Below are positions 50,227 to 60,373 of a stretch of 64,000 bases of DNA, one piece after another. The notes below the pieces were generated by a model. That model was not told the DNA's origin. It ran no database searches and was given only the letters and a program-made list of their open reading frames with translations. Every line of letters starts with the position of its first letter. Within the stretch, counting starts at the first letter, position 1. Source of the DNA: an uncultured delta proteobacterium (GTDB lineage Bacteria > Myxococcota_A > Polyangia > Polyangiales > Polyangiaceae); the NCBI GenBank assembly GCA_963696385.1, contig CAVOKF010000005.1, forward strand, positions 1,024,001-1,088,000, written 5' to 3'. A program made the translations under genes and the position numbers.

Positions 50227-51035
50227 TGAGCCGGAGGAAAGCTTTGGCGTGCTTGGTGACGCCTAGCGCGCCTGGACAAGGCGAGCACACTCTCGACCAG
50301 GCCGATGAGCACGTAGCACGACAGCAGCCAGACCAGGACGAAGGCGGGGCGCGTTTGCAGGCTCACGATGGCGCTGGAGCCGACGGTGAAGGCCACGAGC
50401 CCGAACGTTCGCAAGTTGAGCCGAACGTCCTTGAAGCTACGAAACTTGATCGTCGAGACCATGAGGAAGCTCATGAAAATCGTGAGGGCGATCATGGCCC
50501 AGACGTACTTTGGACCGAAAAGGCGAAGCTCGTCGCCCATGGCATGGTTGGCCAGCACCAAGGAAATGAGGATCCCCGCGGCACCCGGGACGGGCAGCCC
50601 GACGATGTACTGCCCCGGCTTGGTCGGTGCGCCCTTGTCGCCCATCGACAGGACGTTGAACCGCGCGAGCCGCACGGCCGCGGCGGCGGCGAAGATGTAG
50701 GATGCCACGAGTCCGGGGAAAGGCCGCTGCCACAGTGACCACTTGTAAACAAGGATGGCGGGTGCGACCCCGAAGCAGACGACGTCGGCCAGCGAATCGA
50801 TCTGGAGCCCGAAAGCGCTCTGAGTCTTGGTGAGCCGAGCCACCCGTCCGTCAAGCGTATCGAAGAACAGCGCAAAGACGAGCAGCAGCGAGGCCCGGTA
50901 GTAGTCGTCGTCGCCCTGGGCCGTCGCGGTGATGCGAACCGAGTCGAATCCGCAAAATACGCTCGAGAGCGTGATGATGTTTGGCAAGAGAAACAGCGTC
51001 TTGCGCAGGTCGAGTTTGCGGCGAGGGGGCGGCAA
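50223..51035 (-). CDS. pssA: CDP-diacylglycerol--serine O-phosphatidyltransferase
   Basis: LLPNIITL, FDTLDGRVARLT..SAFGLQIDSLADVVCFGVAPA, RLARFNV, GLPVP; start uncertain. Confidence 0.9.
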   Translation of the reverse strand: MPPPRRKLDLRKTLFLLPNIITLSSVFCGFDSVRITATAQGDDDYYRASLLLVFALFFDTLDGRVARLTKTQSAFGLQIDSLADVVCFGVAPAILVYKWSLWQRPFPGLVASYIFAAAAAVRLARFNVLSMGDKGAPTKPGQYIVGLPVPGAAGILISLVLANHAMGDELRLFGPKYVWAMIALTIFMSFLMVSTIKFRSFKDVRLNLRTFGLVAFTVGSSAIVSLQTRPAFVLVWLLSCYVLIGLVESVLALSRRARRHQARQSFPPAH

Positions 51036-51133
51036 GCGATTGGCTCTACGGGATCCTCCCGCAGAACCGGCGGGGGGTAAAGGCGCGTGATTAATTGGCC
51101 CGGGTGGAACGCGCGCTCTACGCTGCCGGTTGG

Positions 51134-51916
51134 ATGAGACCGCACGTGCCTGTCCGTGCTCTGGCGACGCTCGTTCTGGTCTTGGTTGCCGGCTGCGCGC
51201 GCAGCGCCGAGGAACGGCAGCTCGACGCGATGCGAGCCGACATCGATCGGATCCAGCAAGAACGCGATCAAGAGGATCGGTCGAGTCTGCCGTCTGAGAC
51301 CGCCGAGGCTCCCTTGGCCGGAAGTGTGGACAAATCGAGCGCTCCGGCACCGTTGCCCGCAGCGGACGTCGTTCAGTTGGGTGTCTCCGCCGACGATCCG
51401 CCCGCCGACTACGCCGACCCCGACGACACGACACCGCGCCCGCGCATTCGCGTGTTGGGCTCGCCGCGCGTGAACGGGCGCGACATCGAGCAAGTCGACG
51501 ACGTGAGTCCGAACGGCGTCCGATCCCCTTCGCTCGATCCCGAGGCGAAACGGGCGTACGACGCGGCTTTGACGCTCGTGGCGGCCAAGAAATACGAGCC
51601 TGCGCTCGACCTACTGGCCGCATTTCTCGTCAAGTGGCCCGATCATCCGTACGCCGACCACGCGATGTATTGGCGAGGCGAATGTTACTTTGCGGGCGGC
51701 GATTACGCGCGCGCTTCCGAGCAGTTCGAGGGAGTTCTCGCGCGGTTTCCCGCCGGCAGCAAGGTGCCCGACAGTCTGCTCAAGCTCGGAATGTCTCAGG
51801 AGAAGCTCGGAAACTCGGCCAAAGCGCGCGATTGCTTCCAACAGCTGGCCAAAGAGTTTCCGCAATCGGACGCCGCGCGGCGTATTCCGGTCGGATCCGC
51901 AGGAAGCAGCCGATGA
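51134..51916 (+). CDS. ybgF: YbgF/CpoB-like TPR lipoprotein
   Basis: Lipobox VAG-C; coiled coil; YADHAMYWRGECY, KVPDSLLKLG, FPQSDAA. Confidence 0.8.
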   Translation: MRPHVPVRALATLVLVLVAGCARSAEERQLDAMRADIDRIQQERDQEDRSSLPSETAEAPLAGSVDKSSAPAPLPAADVVQLGVSADDPPADYADPDDTTPRPRIRVLGSPRVNGRDIEQVDDVSPNGVRSPSLDPEAKRAYDAALTLVAAKKYEPALDLLAAFLVKWPDHPYADHAMYWRGECYFAGGDYARASEQFEGVLARFPAGSKVPDSLLKLGMSQEKLGNSAKARDCFQQLAKEFPQSDAARRIPVGSAGSSR

Positions 51917-53302
51917 TATCCCGGTGCTTCGGGCCGTGCGTCGCCGGTGCCCTCATCTTGATTCCCGGAGTGGCCCGGGCTCAAGCTGCACCTTCGGCAC
52001 CAGGGGCCCCAGCGGGCGGTGGCGGCGCGATCGTTCCGAGTCCCGTTCCGCCCGCCAATCCTTCGCTGCCGGGGTCCACGTACGTCCCGATGCCGGGTCA
52101 AGGCGCGTACGGCAACCCCCAGTCGCCGAACGGGACTATCGGCGGCGGAAACGCGACCGAATCCAGCGCACACCCCGTGACCGGCGACGAGGAAGACTCG
52201 TTCGACCTCGGGTCGCGCGGCGGCGACGGAAGCGCGTTGCATGGGTCCACCGACGGCCCCATCTTCCTGCAGGGCTATCGACCCCACGGCATCGCCAGCG
52301 CCACCGGCGAGGTGCCGCCTTCGCACGTCGTGCGCCGCGGAGACACGCTTTGGGGCCTATGCGACGAATACCTCGGAAATCCGTACCAGTGGCCGCGCGT
52401 CTGGTCGTACAACCCGCAGGTCAAGAACCCGAACTGGATTTATCCCGGCGATGAAATTCGGCTGAAGCCCCCGAGCGAGTCGGCTGCGGCACAGCCGGCC
52501 ACGTCGTCGAACCAGGCGAACGGATTGAGGCTCGTCGAACGGCATCGGAACGTGCCGAACGGCACGGTATTTCTACGGGATCAGGGCTGGATTCACGACG
52601 AATCGGACGACGTATGGGGTGAGATCACGGGGGCTCCGACCGACAAGATGTTCCTGTCGGATTCGGATGAGGTGTACTTGACGATTCGGCGAGGCCACGA
52701 CCTCCGACTCGGCCAGCAACTGACGATTTTTCGGACACGGACGACCCAAGCCGCCGGAGCGATCGTTCAAGTCCTGGGCACCGTACGAGTCGATGATTGG
52801 AATGACAGGGAGCGAACCGCGCGGGCGAAGGTCATCGAGTCGCTGGACGTCATCGAGCGCGGCGCACGGATCGGCCCTGTGGTGCGCATGTTCGCGATCG
52901 TCGAGCCGAAACGCAACGACATCGACCTGCAAGGTCACGTGCTCGCGAGCCTGCACCCTAATGAGTTTTTCGGGCAGAATCAGGTCGTATTCATCGACAA
53001 GGGGCAGGCCGCGGGCCTAAAAGCGGGCAACCGTCTCTTCGTGATGCGTCGCGGCGACGCATGGCGTCAGACACTGCTCACGGCCGACATGAGCTTCCGG
53101 GTGTCGGCCGACGACGAGCGTCCGATGCCTCCGATGGAAAAGAACTCCGGGGTCGGATCACGACGACCGAAAGTATCCCGAGGAATTCATCGCCGAGCTT
53201 CGGGTCGTCGACCTGAAGAAGGACAGCTCAGCGTGTCTTGTGACCCAGGCGAAGAGCGAGATCGAGCTCGGGGATGTCGTGGTCGCGCGAAAGGGATACT
53301 GA
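51913..53302 (+). CDS. LysM peptidoglycan-binding protein (TsaP-like), apparent +1 frameshift at ~53144
   Basis: HVVRRGDTLWGL..YLGNPYQWPRVWSYNPQVKNPNWIYPGDEI; corrected end ..YPEEFIAELRVVD..IELGDVVVARKGY*. Confidence 0.8.
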
Positions 53303-53417
53303 ACTTCACGCCGGCAAGCGACAACGAGCCGTGCACCCCGGCGATCGAGCCGCGCCGAGAGCGAGGGACACCGGGTGGACGGCGCGGTGCGCTCCACGGG
53401 CGCTATAAAGGAGACCC

Positions 53418-54206
53418 GTGCGTTTCGCGATCGATCGGTTGTGCGCCGCGGCCATGCTCCTGTCGCTCGTCGCGTTTGGCGGCCAACGATCACCGGTCGG
53501 GCTCAGCGAAAACGATGAGCCCACCGTCGTCGATTCGTTCGACGACAACGGCGACGAAGTGGACGAGTCGTCGAACTCCGACGAGCGGCCCCTCCTATCG
53601 CAGGCCGATGCAGGACGCGTTCGTCCTCGTGGCCATTGCCCGTCGAGTATGGTGAAGGTCGGGGTCACGTGCATCGATCGCTACGAGGCTCCCAACCGTC
53701 GTGGCGCCAAGCCGCTCGTGATGCAGTCCGCAAACGATGCCGTCGCATGGTGCTCCGCCCATCAGAAGCGCTTGTGCACGGAGGACGAATGGATCAGCGC
53801 CTGCGAAGGCGACGAGCACCGCACCTATCCTTATGGCCGTGACCACGTCGACGGGCGGTGCAACGACGACAAGCCGTGGCGACAAGTTCACGAGGCGACA
53901 CTGGCGAAGTGGCCCGCGACGGAGGCGCGCGTGCACGCTCAGGAGCTGTACCAAGCGGTTCCGAGCGGCTCGAAGCGCGAGTGCGCGTCGGGCTCCGGCG
54001 TGCACGACCTCACGGGGAACGTCGAAGAGTGGGTCGTGCGCACGCGCGAGCACGCCAACCCGTGGCCATACTTGCTCGCTGGTTGCTACTGGTCGGGCTG
54101 CTACGGCGGCTCCAAACCGACGTGCCATTCCACCAATGATGCACACGGACCGGATTTTCGGTTTTACGAAACCGGGTTTCGCTGTTGCCGGGACGTCGAC
54201 CGTTAG
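53418..54206 (+). CDS. FGE-sulfatase (SUMF1-like) domain secreted protein
   Basis: CIDRYE, KRLCTEDEW..AC, YPYG, GVHDLTGNVEEW, TGFRCC. Confidence 0.85.
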   Translation: MRFAIDRLCAAAMLLSLVAFGGQRSPVGLSENDEPTVVDSFDDNGDEVDESSNSDERPLLSQADAGRVRPRGHCPSSMVKVGVTCIDRYEAPNRRGAKPLVMQSANDAVAWCSAHQKRLCTEDEWISACEGDEHRTYPYGRDHVDGRCNDDKPWRQVHEATLAKWPATEARVHAQELYQAVPSGSKRECASGSGVHDLTGNVEEWVVRTREHANPWPYLLAGCYWSGCYGGSKPTCHSTNDAHGPDFRFYETGFRCCRDVDR

Positions 54207-54354
54207 GCGGGTTACCGCAAATCGTGGATTGGATCAGGCGCACCCATGGCTTGATGCATGAGCTTCGATGGGTGGGAGCGAGATCTTCTGGTTCGTTCAT
54301 TTTCTGACGATGCCTTCGTCGGAAGCCGGCGTGGGCCGTGTCGCCCGTTCGCGC

Positions 54355-55089
54355 TCAATCGTACCGTTCGCTGTGAACCTGCTCTCGCGCGACGTCGAGA
54401 TCCCTCCTCAAGATGTCCCGAACCGAGCCCACCATGCGCTGCAATCCGCAGACGAACACGTGCGGCGTGCCTTCGCCCCGCGACGCCAAGTCGCGCCAGA
54501 GTTCTCGGACGTGGGCCTGGACGTAACCGCGTCGTCCCGCCCATGTGGCTGCGGGCCGGGACAGCGTGGGTTCGAAGCGAAACGCCGGGTACCCCGCGGC
54601 CAGGTCCCTCCACTCGGATCCGTAGAGTAGGTCCGAATCGTCTCGCACCCCGAAAAGGAGCCACAGGGGGGCGACCGACTCGGCGGCGACGGCGGCGCGA
54701 ATCATCGATCGGAGAGGGGTGATACCCGTTCCGGTCGCAATCATGAGCGAGGGCGGGGCGCCTACTGGAGCGCGGGTGAAGAAGCCTTGAGGTCCGTCGA
54801 ATCGAAGCTGCGCTCCGGGCTCGAGAGCGTGCAGCCATGTCGAGCCCAGACCTACCCGGGTGACCGCGATCTCGAACCGCGGGGACCGCTCGGGCGCCGA
54901 GGCGATCGAGTACGATCGCTTCAGAATCGGCGCATTCTCGTTGGCGACGGGAAGCATCACGCTCACCCACTGACCGGCCTCGAACTGCAATGCTCGCCCA
55001 TCCAACCGGTCGAAGACGAGCTCGCGAACCGTCGGCGACAGAGTTCGCGATCCCACGAGCCGTGCTTCGAATGGGGGAGGAATCGGCAT
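54355..55089 (-). CDS. FAD/NAD(P)-binding ferredoxin-reductase-like oxidoreductase
   Basis: FEAGQWV, RSYSIAS, GPQGFF, ATGTGITP, VFVCG, HSERY. Confidence 0.88.
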   Translation of the reverse strand: MPIPPPFEARLVGSRTLSPTVRELVFDRLDGRALQFEAGQWVSVMLPVANENAPILKRSYSIASAPERSPRFEIAVTRVGLGSTWLHALEPGAQLRFDGPQGFFTRAPVGAPPSLMIATGTGITPLRSMIRAAVAAESVAPLWLLFGVRDDSDLLYGSEWRDLAAGYPAFRFEPTLSRPAATWAGRRGYVQAHVRELWRDLASRGEGTPHVFVCGLQRMVGSVRDILRRDLDVAREQVHSERYD

Positions 55090-55094
55090 GTGGA

Positions 55095-55748
55095 TTATGG
55101 GTGCACCTTGGGCGACCCGCGCGCGGGGCCCGTCATGGCCGGTAGAGAGAGCGCCTCCGGCCGGTACGCGTACGCTGGCTTTACCCGCGACAAGGAGCGC
55201 AGCGTCCGCTCCATCCGGAGCAGGGCGTTCAGGGTTTCGGACGTGGAGAGAGAGGTCGCGCGCGCCGCTGCGAGCACACGATCGATCGCCGTGTTGGCCG
55301 CGAGCGAATGGAACACAGCCCCCGGCAGCAACGCTACAACCAGAGGGCGGTCCGTCCCGACCACGCGTCCATCGAACAGCTGGTCGTGTCCCGCGTCGAG
55401 CTCGGCGCACGACTCGTCGTCGAGCAGAGACAAAGCGAGCTGGGCGCCGCTCCAGACGTCGATGAGGATGCGACCGTCAGCCCGGAAAAGTCCACGGTGT
55501 GCTCGCTCAAGGGCCGGCAACCAAATGCGCTCCTGCGCCGTTAGGTCGGCTTCGACCGCACGCCCGAAGCGACCGTCGGTCACCGCGTCGCACCAAAACG
55601 CGCGGCTGCGCTCCTCGAACCAGGCGTCTTCGGGTGCGAACGCGCCGGTGCGCACCTCGAAGGCGGCGCGCATCGCGGCGACTCGAGGAATGTGCGCCGC
55701 TGCGCCTCCCAGTTGAACGATTCGACTCACGGCCTCGAGCAATCCCAT
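55095..55748 (-). CDS. Hypothetical protein
   Basis: 217-aa ORF with plausible composition, directly upstream of the oxidoreductase. Confidence 0.6.
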   Translation of the reverse strand: MGLLEAVSRIVQLGGAAAHIPRVAAMRAAFEVRTGAFAPEDAWFEERSRAFWCDAVTDGRFGRAVEADLTAQERIWLPALERAHRGLFRADGRILIDVWSGAQLALSLLDDESCAELDAGHDQLFDGRVVGTDRPLVVALLPGAVFHSLAANTAIDRVLAAARATSLSTSETLNALLRMERTLRSLSRVKPAYAYRPEALSLPAMTGPARGSPKVHP

Positions 55749-55789
55749 GGCGCGCTCGGGCTGGTGTACGCTGAGTGAGTCTGGTTCGC

Positions 55790-56185
55790 ATGGAAAACCG
55801 CGTCTTCATTCCCCAGGCCGCGCTCGATCGGTGGATGAGCGACGGATCGGCCGATCTGCGCGAGGGGGAGCTCATCGTTACGGCCGGCGTGGCCGGTGTC
55901 GCGCCGGAACTCGCCTCAGCCTTGGCGCCGGGACGGCGTTTTCGCTTGGCCGAAGCCATTTACATCGTGCGCGAGTTGGCCGCCACGGGTGATCACGACC
56001 TCGTCGGTCGAGTCAAGGGCCGCACCGAGCTCGATGAACTAGGCGCTGAGATCGTGCAAACGTCGATGCTCGTCGGAGACTCCGCCTACGACATCGAGCC
56101 AGGTTGGCTTGGCGTTCCGGCCGTGACGCCCGAGGCCGAGGCCGAAGTGGGCGTCGTCGAAGTGGCGAACGCGGTCGTTACGTAG
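55790..56185 (+). CDS. Hypothetical protein
   Basis: MENRVFIPQAALDRW..LVGRVK..LGAEI..SMLVGDSAY; first gene of the ccsA-hemA run. Confidence 0.7.
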   Translation: MENRVFIPQAALDRWMSDGSADLREGELIVTAGVAGVAPELASALAPGRRFRLAEAIYIVRELAATGDHDLVGRVKGRTELDELGAEIVQTSMLVGDSAYDIEPGWLGVPAVTPEAEAEVGVVEVANAVVT

Positions 56186-56199
56186 CACGATCCGTTGGC

Positions 56200-57021
56200 G
56201 TGACCCTCCAGCTCGCAAACGCACTGTTCGCTGTGACGGTGGTCGCGTACCTGGCTGCGTCGCTGCTATTTGTAGCGGATTTGTTCGGCTGGGCCGGCCA
56301 AGCCAGAACGTGGGCGCCTCGGTTGGTGGCCTTCGGCGTTCCGTTTCACGCCGCGCACATCGTCGTTTGGTCCGTCGTCTTGCACGTCTGTCCGGTCGAA
56401 GGCATTCATTTTTCGCTCAACGTCGCATCGCTGTTGGTATGCGCGGCGTACCTGGTCGTGCGGCGGCGCTATCGCGTGGACGCGGTCGGCGCGTTCGTCG
56501 CCCCGCAAGCGCTCGTGTTCCTGCTCGCATCGCGTTTCGTGGGGCCGGTCGATGCCGAACCGCGGTTGAGGAGCGCCCTCTTGCCGTTCCACGTGATCAG
56601 CAACCTTCTCGGGATCGCTCTCTTTACGCTGGCGTTCGCCGCGGCGGTCGCCTACTTGCTGCAGGAGCGCCGCCTCAAGCAAAAGTGGCTTGAGGCGGTC
56701 GAGCGCCTTCCCGCCGTCGACGCGCTGGATCGCGCCGAACACCGCTTCCTCGCAGCGGGTTTTCCACTGCTCACGATTGGCGCGCTGACCGGGACGATTT
56801 GGGCGCGCGAGGTCGAGGCGGGCGGTGCCGCCGACATCGCCCGGGCCGTGCTCTCGTACGTCTCCTGGGCGCTCATCGGAGTCGTGCTGCTGCTGCGCGC
56901 TTCGGCCGGGTGGCGCGGTCGGCGCGCAGCCGTGGGAACCATATTGTGCTTCGGATTGACGGTGCTCGTGATCGTCGCATACTTGGTCAGGAGCATCACC
57001 GGCGCGGGCGGACACGCATGA
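56200..57021 (+). CDS. CcsA/HemX-like cytochrome c assembly membrane protein
   Basis: About 8 TMs; FHV, YLLQERRLK, GFPLLTIG..GTIWA, GWRGRRAA; upstream of hemA. Confidence 0.85.
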   Translation: MTLQLANALFAVTVVAYLAASLLFVADLFGWAGQARTWAPRLVAFGVPFHAAHIVVWSVVLHVCPVEGIHFSLNVASLLVCAAYLVVRRRYRVDAVGAFVAPQALVFLLASRFVGPVDAEPRLRSALLPFHVISNLLGIALFTLAFAAAVAYLLQERRLKQKWLEAVERLPAVDALDRAEHRFLAAGFPLLTIGALTGTIWAREVEAGGAADIARAVLSYVSWALIGVVLLLRASAGWRGRRAAVGTILCFGLTVLVIVAYLVRSITGAGGHA

Positions 57022-58382
57022 TCCTGGTGGTGGGTCTCTCGCATCGTACGGCGCCTCTCGACGTTCGCGAGCGTCTGGCCGGGGGTCCGGCGGCACTTCC
57101 TGCGGTGCTGGCCCGGTTGGCTGCGCGCTCGGAGCTCGAGGAGTCGATGTTCTTGTCGACCTGCAACCGCGTCGAGGTCGTCGCGCGCGTCCGACGAGGC
57201 TTGGCGGGGCTGGATGGCGCGCGTCGCGCGATTCGCGAGGAGCTTGCCCAGCAAGGGGGAGCCGTCAGCGGGGACCATCTCGCGCCGTATTTGTACGAAA
57301 AGCGCGACGACGATGCCGTGCAGCACATCTTTCGCGTGGCGGCGAGCCTCGACTCGATGGTCCTCGGCGAGCCGCAAATCCTCGGTCAAGTGAAGGACGC
57401 GTACGACGCTGCAATCGCCGCAGGCACTCTCAAGGGGACGCTCGCGCGTTGCGTCAGCCGTGCCTTCTCGGTGGCCAAACGCGTTCGCACCGAAACGAGC
57501 ATCGGCGTGGGGACGGTGAGCATTTCGAGCGTCGCCATCGATCTGGCCCGGCGCATTTTCGGCGATCTATCCGACCGAACGGTACTGCTCATCGGCGCCG
57601 GGGAGATGGCGGAGGCAGCCGCGAGCAGTCTGGTCAAGGGGGCGCGAACGCTGCGCATCTGCAACCGGAGCTTTGACCGAGCCGCGTCACTCGCGAGTAC
57701 GATGCAAGCGTCGGCCGTGCCATGGGGCGAACTCGCGGCGGAGCTCGTCAGCGCCGACGTGGTCGTCGCGAGCACGGCCAGCCCGACCTACGTCGTGACG
57801 GTCGAAATGGTCAAACGAGCGATGAAGGCGCGCAAGGGTCGAACGCTGCTTTTTGTCGATATTGCGGTGCCTCGCAACGTCGAGCCGGCCGTTCATGGGA
57901 TAAATAACGTGTACGTGTTCAACGTTGACGACCTCGAGCAAGAGGTTGCACGTGGCCTCAAGGCGCGACATGCGCAGGTCGAAGTCGGCGAGCAGATTGT
58001 CGCCGAAGAAGTCTCCCGATTCTTTGCCTGGCGGCGAGGACTCGAAGTGCAGCCGACGGTCGTGGCCATGCGGTCGAAGGCGCGTGCGGTGTTTTTTTCG
58101 GAGTTCGAGCGATCGCTCGGTGGCCGCCTCAAGCACCTCGCCGAGGGCGACCGGGCGGCACTGACTCAAATGCTGGAGAGCGCGCTAAACAAGCTGCTTC
58201 ACACCCCGACCACCCGGCTGAAAGCGCGTGCCGCCGAAGGGGAGGACGGGATGGAGCTCGCGGCAGCCATGCGCTTTCTCTTCGACCTGCAGGAGATTGC
58301 GGTGGCCAAGGAACACGAGGAGGGTGAGGTGGCCGCGACTTCTTTTGCCTCAGCCGAGGGCGACGAACGGCTCCCTCACTGA
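57018..58382 (+). CDS. hemA: Glutamyl-tRNA reductase
   Basis: GLSHRTAP, STCNRVE, SLDSMVLGEPQILGQVK, IGAGEMA, DIAVPRNV. Confidence 0.97.
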   Translation: MILVVGLSHRTAPLDVRERLAGGPAALPAVLARLAARSELEESMFLSTCNRVEVVARVRRGLAGLDGARRAIREELAQQGGAVSGDHLAPYLYEKRDDDAVQHIFRVAASLDSMVLGEPQILGQVKDAYDAAIAAGTLKGTLARCVSRAFSVAKRVRTETSIGVGTVSISSVAIDLARRIFGDLSDRTVLLIGAGEMAEAAASSLVKGARTLRICNRSFDRAASLASTMQASAVPWGELAAELVSADVVVASTASPTYVVTVEMVKRAMKARKGRTLLFVDIAVPRNVEPAVHGINNVYVFNVDDLEQEVARGLKARHAQVEVGEQIVAEEVSRFFAWRRGLEVQPTVVAMRSKARAVFFSEFERSLGGRLKHLAEGDRAALTQMLESALNKLLHTPTTRLKARAAEGEDGMELAAAMRFLFDLQEIAVAKEHEEGEVAATSFASAEGDERLPH

Positions 58383-58589
58383 CGGCTGTGGCGAGGGCGC
58401 CAGCTAACGCGGTTGGCTCTTGGCACGGGCCGTGGCATCGGTGGTCTCGCTGGATCGCGGCCCGCGTGCGGGGTCCGGCCGCATTTCGTGATCCATGGAT
58501 CTCCGGGCGAGGGGAGCCGGCGTGACGATCGGAGCGCGCGCCGGAGGGGGTCGTCCTCTTCTCTCGACGGCTATGACGCACTTGTGGGC

Positions 58590-59495
58590 TCAGGCGAGTC
58601 GTCGACCCAAGGCGAGCCCGAGCGCCTCGGCATGCGTCTCCGATGCGGGCCACGGGACGGTTCGTTCGGCCTCGCGGTAGCGGCCGCCGTCCAAATCGGC
58701 CACGAATGCACGCAGGCGAATGTCGTCTCCCACGCGATCGGCGTGGGCTCCCAGGGGCATCTGGCAGTCGCCGCCCAGGGAAACGAGAACACCGCGTTCC
58801 GCGGCTACGCACGTCGCCGTCACGGGGTCGTGGAATCGACGAAGGAGAGTTCGCACACTCACGCCGTCGTCACGACATTCGATAGCCAACGCGCCCTGCC
58901 CGGGAGCCGGCAAGGATAGCGGCAGGGCCAGTACCTCGGTCTTGCGGTGTCCAAGGCCCAGCCGGACCAACCCGGCGCCCGCCACCACGATCGCGTCGTA
59001 CTCTCCCGAATCGACCTTGCGCAGACGCGTGTCGACGTTGCCACGCAGCGACACGATCGTGATGTCGGGGCGCAGGCGCTTCAGTGCCACCGCGCGGCGC
59101 AAGCTCGACGTTCCAATGCGAGCTCCAGCCGGCAGGGCGTCGAGCCGCCCGTGGCGCGGGGCGATGAGAACGTCGTGTGCGTCTTCGCGCGCAGGAACGC
59201 ACGTCACGACCAATCCTGGGGGAAGCTCGGCGGGGACGTCTTTCATCGAGTGCACGGCGAAGTCCGCGCGGCCGTCGAGGAGGGCTTCCTCGATTTCCTT
59301 GACGAACAGCCCTTTGCCCCCAACCTCCGAGAGCGGCCGGTCCTGGATCCGGTCCCCGCTCGTGACGACTTGCAGCTCGGTGGTCTCGACGGATGGTTCG
59401 ACGGCTCGGAGGCCCGCCACGAAAGCGCGGCACTGCGCTAGCGCCAACGCAGACCGCCGGGTCGCGACGGTGAGGCTTCGCTCGGAGACTCTCAT
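58590..59495 (-). CDS. hemC: Hydroxymethylbilane synthase (porphobilinogen deaminase)
   Basis: ATRRSALALAQ, GGKGLFVKEIE, AVHSMKDVP, GTSSLRR, RGNVDTRLRK, GGDCQMP. Confidence 0.97.
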   Translation of the reverse strand: MRVSERSLTVATRRSALALAQCRAFVAGLRAVEPSVETTELQVVTSGDRIQDRPLSEVGGKGLFVKEIEEALLDGRADFAVHSMKDVPAELPPGLVVTCVPAREDAHDVLIAPRHGRLDALPAGARIGTSSLRRAVALKRLRPDITIVSLRGNVDTRLRKVDSGEYDAIVVAGAGLVRLGLGHRKTEVLALPLSLPAPGQGALAIECRDDGVSVRTLLRRFHDPVTATCVAAERGVLVSLGGDCQMPLGAHADRVGDDIRLRAFVADLDGGRYREAERTVPWPASETHAEALGLALGRRLA

Positions 59496-59516
59496 AGCCG
59501 AGTAGGTGTAGCCGAC

Positions 59517-60302
59517 TTGCCACGGGGTCGCCGATGGCCTAGCTGTGGCACGGCTGTGCTAGTTCGTGCCCGCTGGTCGCCGATCGCCTTCGCAGCCACA
59601 GCTACCGTGCTGCTTTTCTCGACTGTCGCGCGAGCGCGAGCGCGAGCGAACACGCCCGACCCCATGACCATCGACGTCCCCGGGTACGGCGAAGCTTACT
59701 ATTACAAGCCCCGTACGCGCGCGCGGCGGCCCATCTTGCTTTACCTGCATGGACGAGGAGGCAGCGCTTTCGAGGACTGTCGCAAATGGGCTCGAGTGGC
59801 TCGTCAATTTGGCTGGATCGTGTGTCCGGAGGCTCCGGCGGTGGGCGAAAACGGGGGTCGCACCTGGAACAACGATGCCGGTACGGCGAAGAAGGTCGTC
59901 GATGCGACAGTCGCGGCGTTGATGGAACAATACAAAGGGCGGATTCGAACGCGCGGGGACGTGCTCATCGGATTTAGCGAGGGAGCCTTCGTCGCCCAGC
60001 AAATCGGCCTGCGCGATCCCGCTCATTGGAGCCGCTGGCTCATTCTCGCTGCGAACGATGAGTATTGGTACGGCGACGCACCGCAGCTTTTGGAGCAAAA
60101 CCGTTCGAAGATTCGGCGCGTGTACCTCTTTACGGGCGAGAACGACGACGTTGCCGAGAATACGAAGCGGGCCGGCGAGATGCTCAAGAGCGCGCGAATC
60201 CCGGTGCGCGTCCGCATCGCGCCGGGCCTCGGACATGAAATTCCCGCCGACCGCATGATCACGAACTACCGGCGTCCGCTGCGCTGGCTCATTCGAGGTT
60301 GA
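59517..60302 (+). CDS. Secreted alpha/beta-hydrolase (esterase-like)
   Basis: YLHGRG, GFSEG nucleophile elbow, GENDD, GLGHE; start uncertain. Confidence 0.75.
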   Translation: MPRGRRWPSCGTAVLVRARWSPIAFAATATVLLFSTVARARARANTPDPMTIDVPGYGEAYYYKPRTRARRPILLYLHGRGGSAFEDCRKWARVARQFGWIVCPEAPAVGENGGRTWNNDAGTAKKVVDATVAALMEQYKGRIRTRGDVLIGFSEGAFVAQQIGLRDPAHWSRWLILAANDEYWYGDAPQLLEQNRSKIRRVYLFTGENDDVAENTKRAGEMLKSARIPVRVRIAPGLGHEIPADRMITNYRRPLRWLIRG

Positions 60303-60373
60303 CGAACGGTCGACCGGTGGCACGTCCGATTCGGGCATAAACCACCGCGCCCAGGTGGACCGTATGAAGGGGC

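Noticed and set aside
59546..59562. Sigma-54 promoter TGGCACGGCTGTGCT
   Set aside because: GG-to-GC spacing is 9 rather than the required 10
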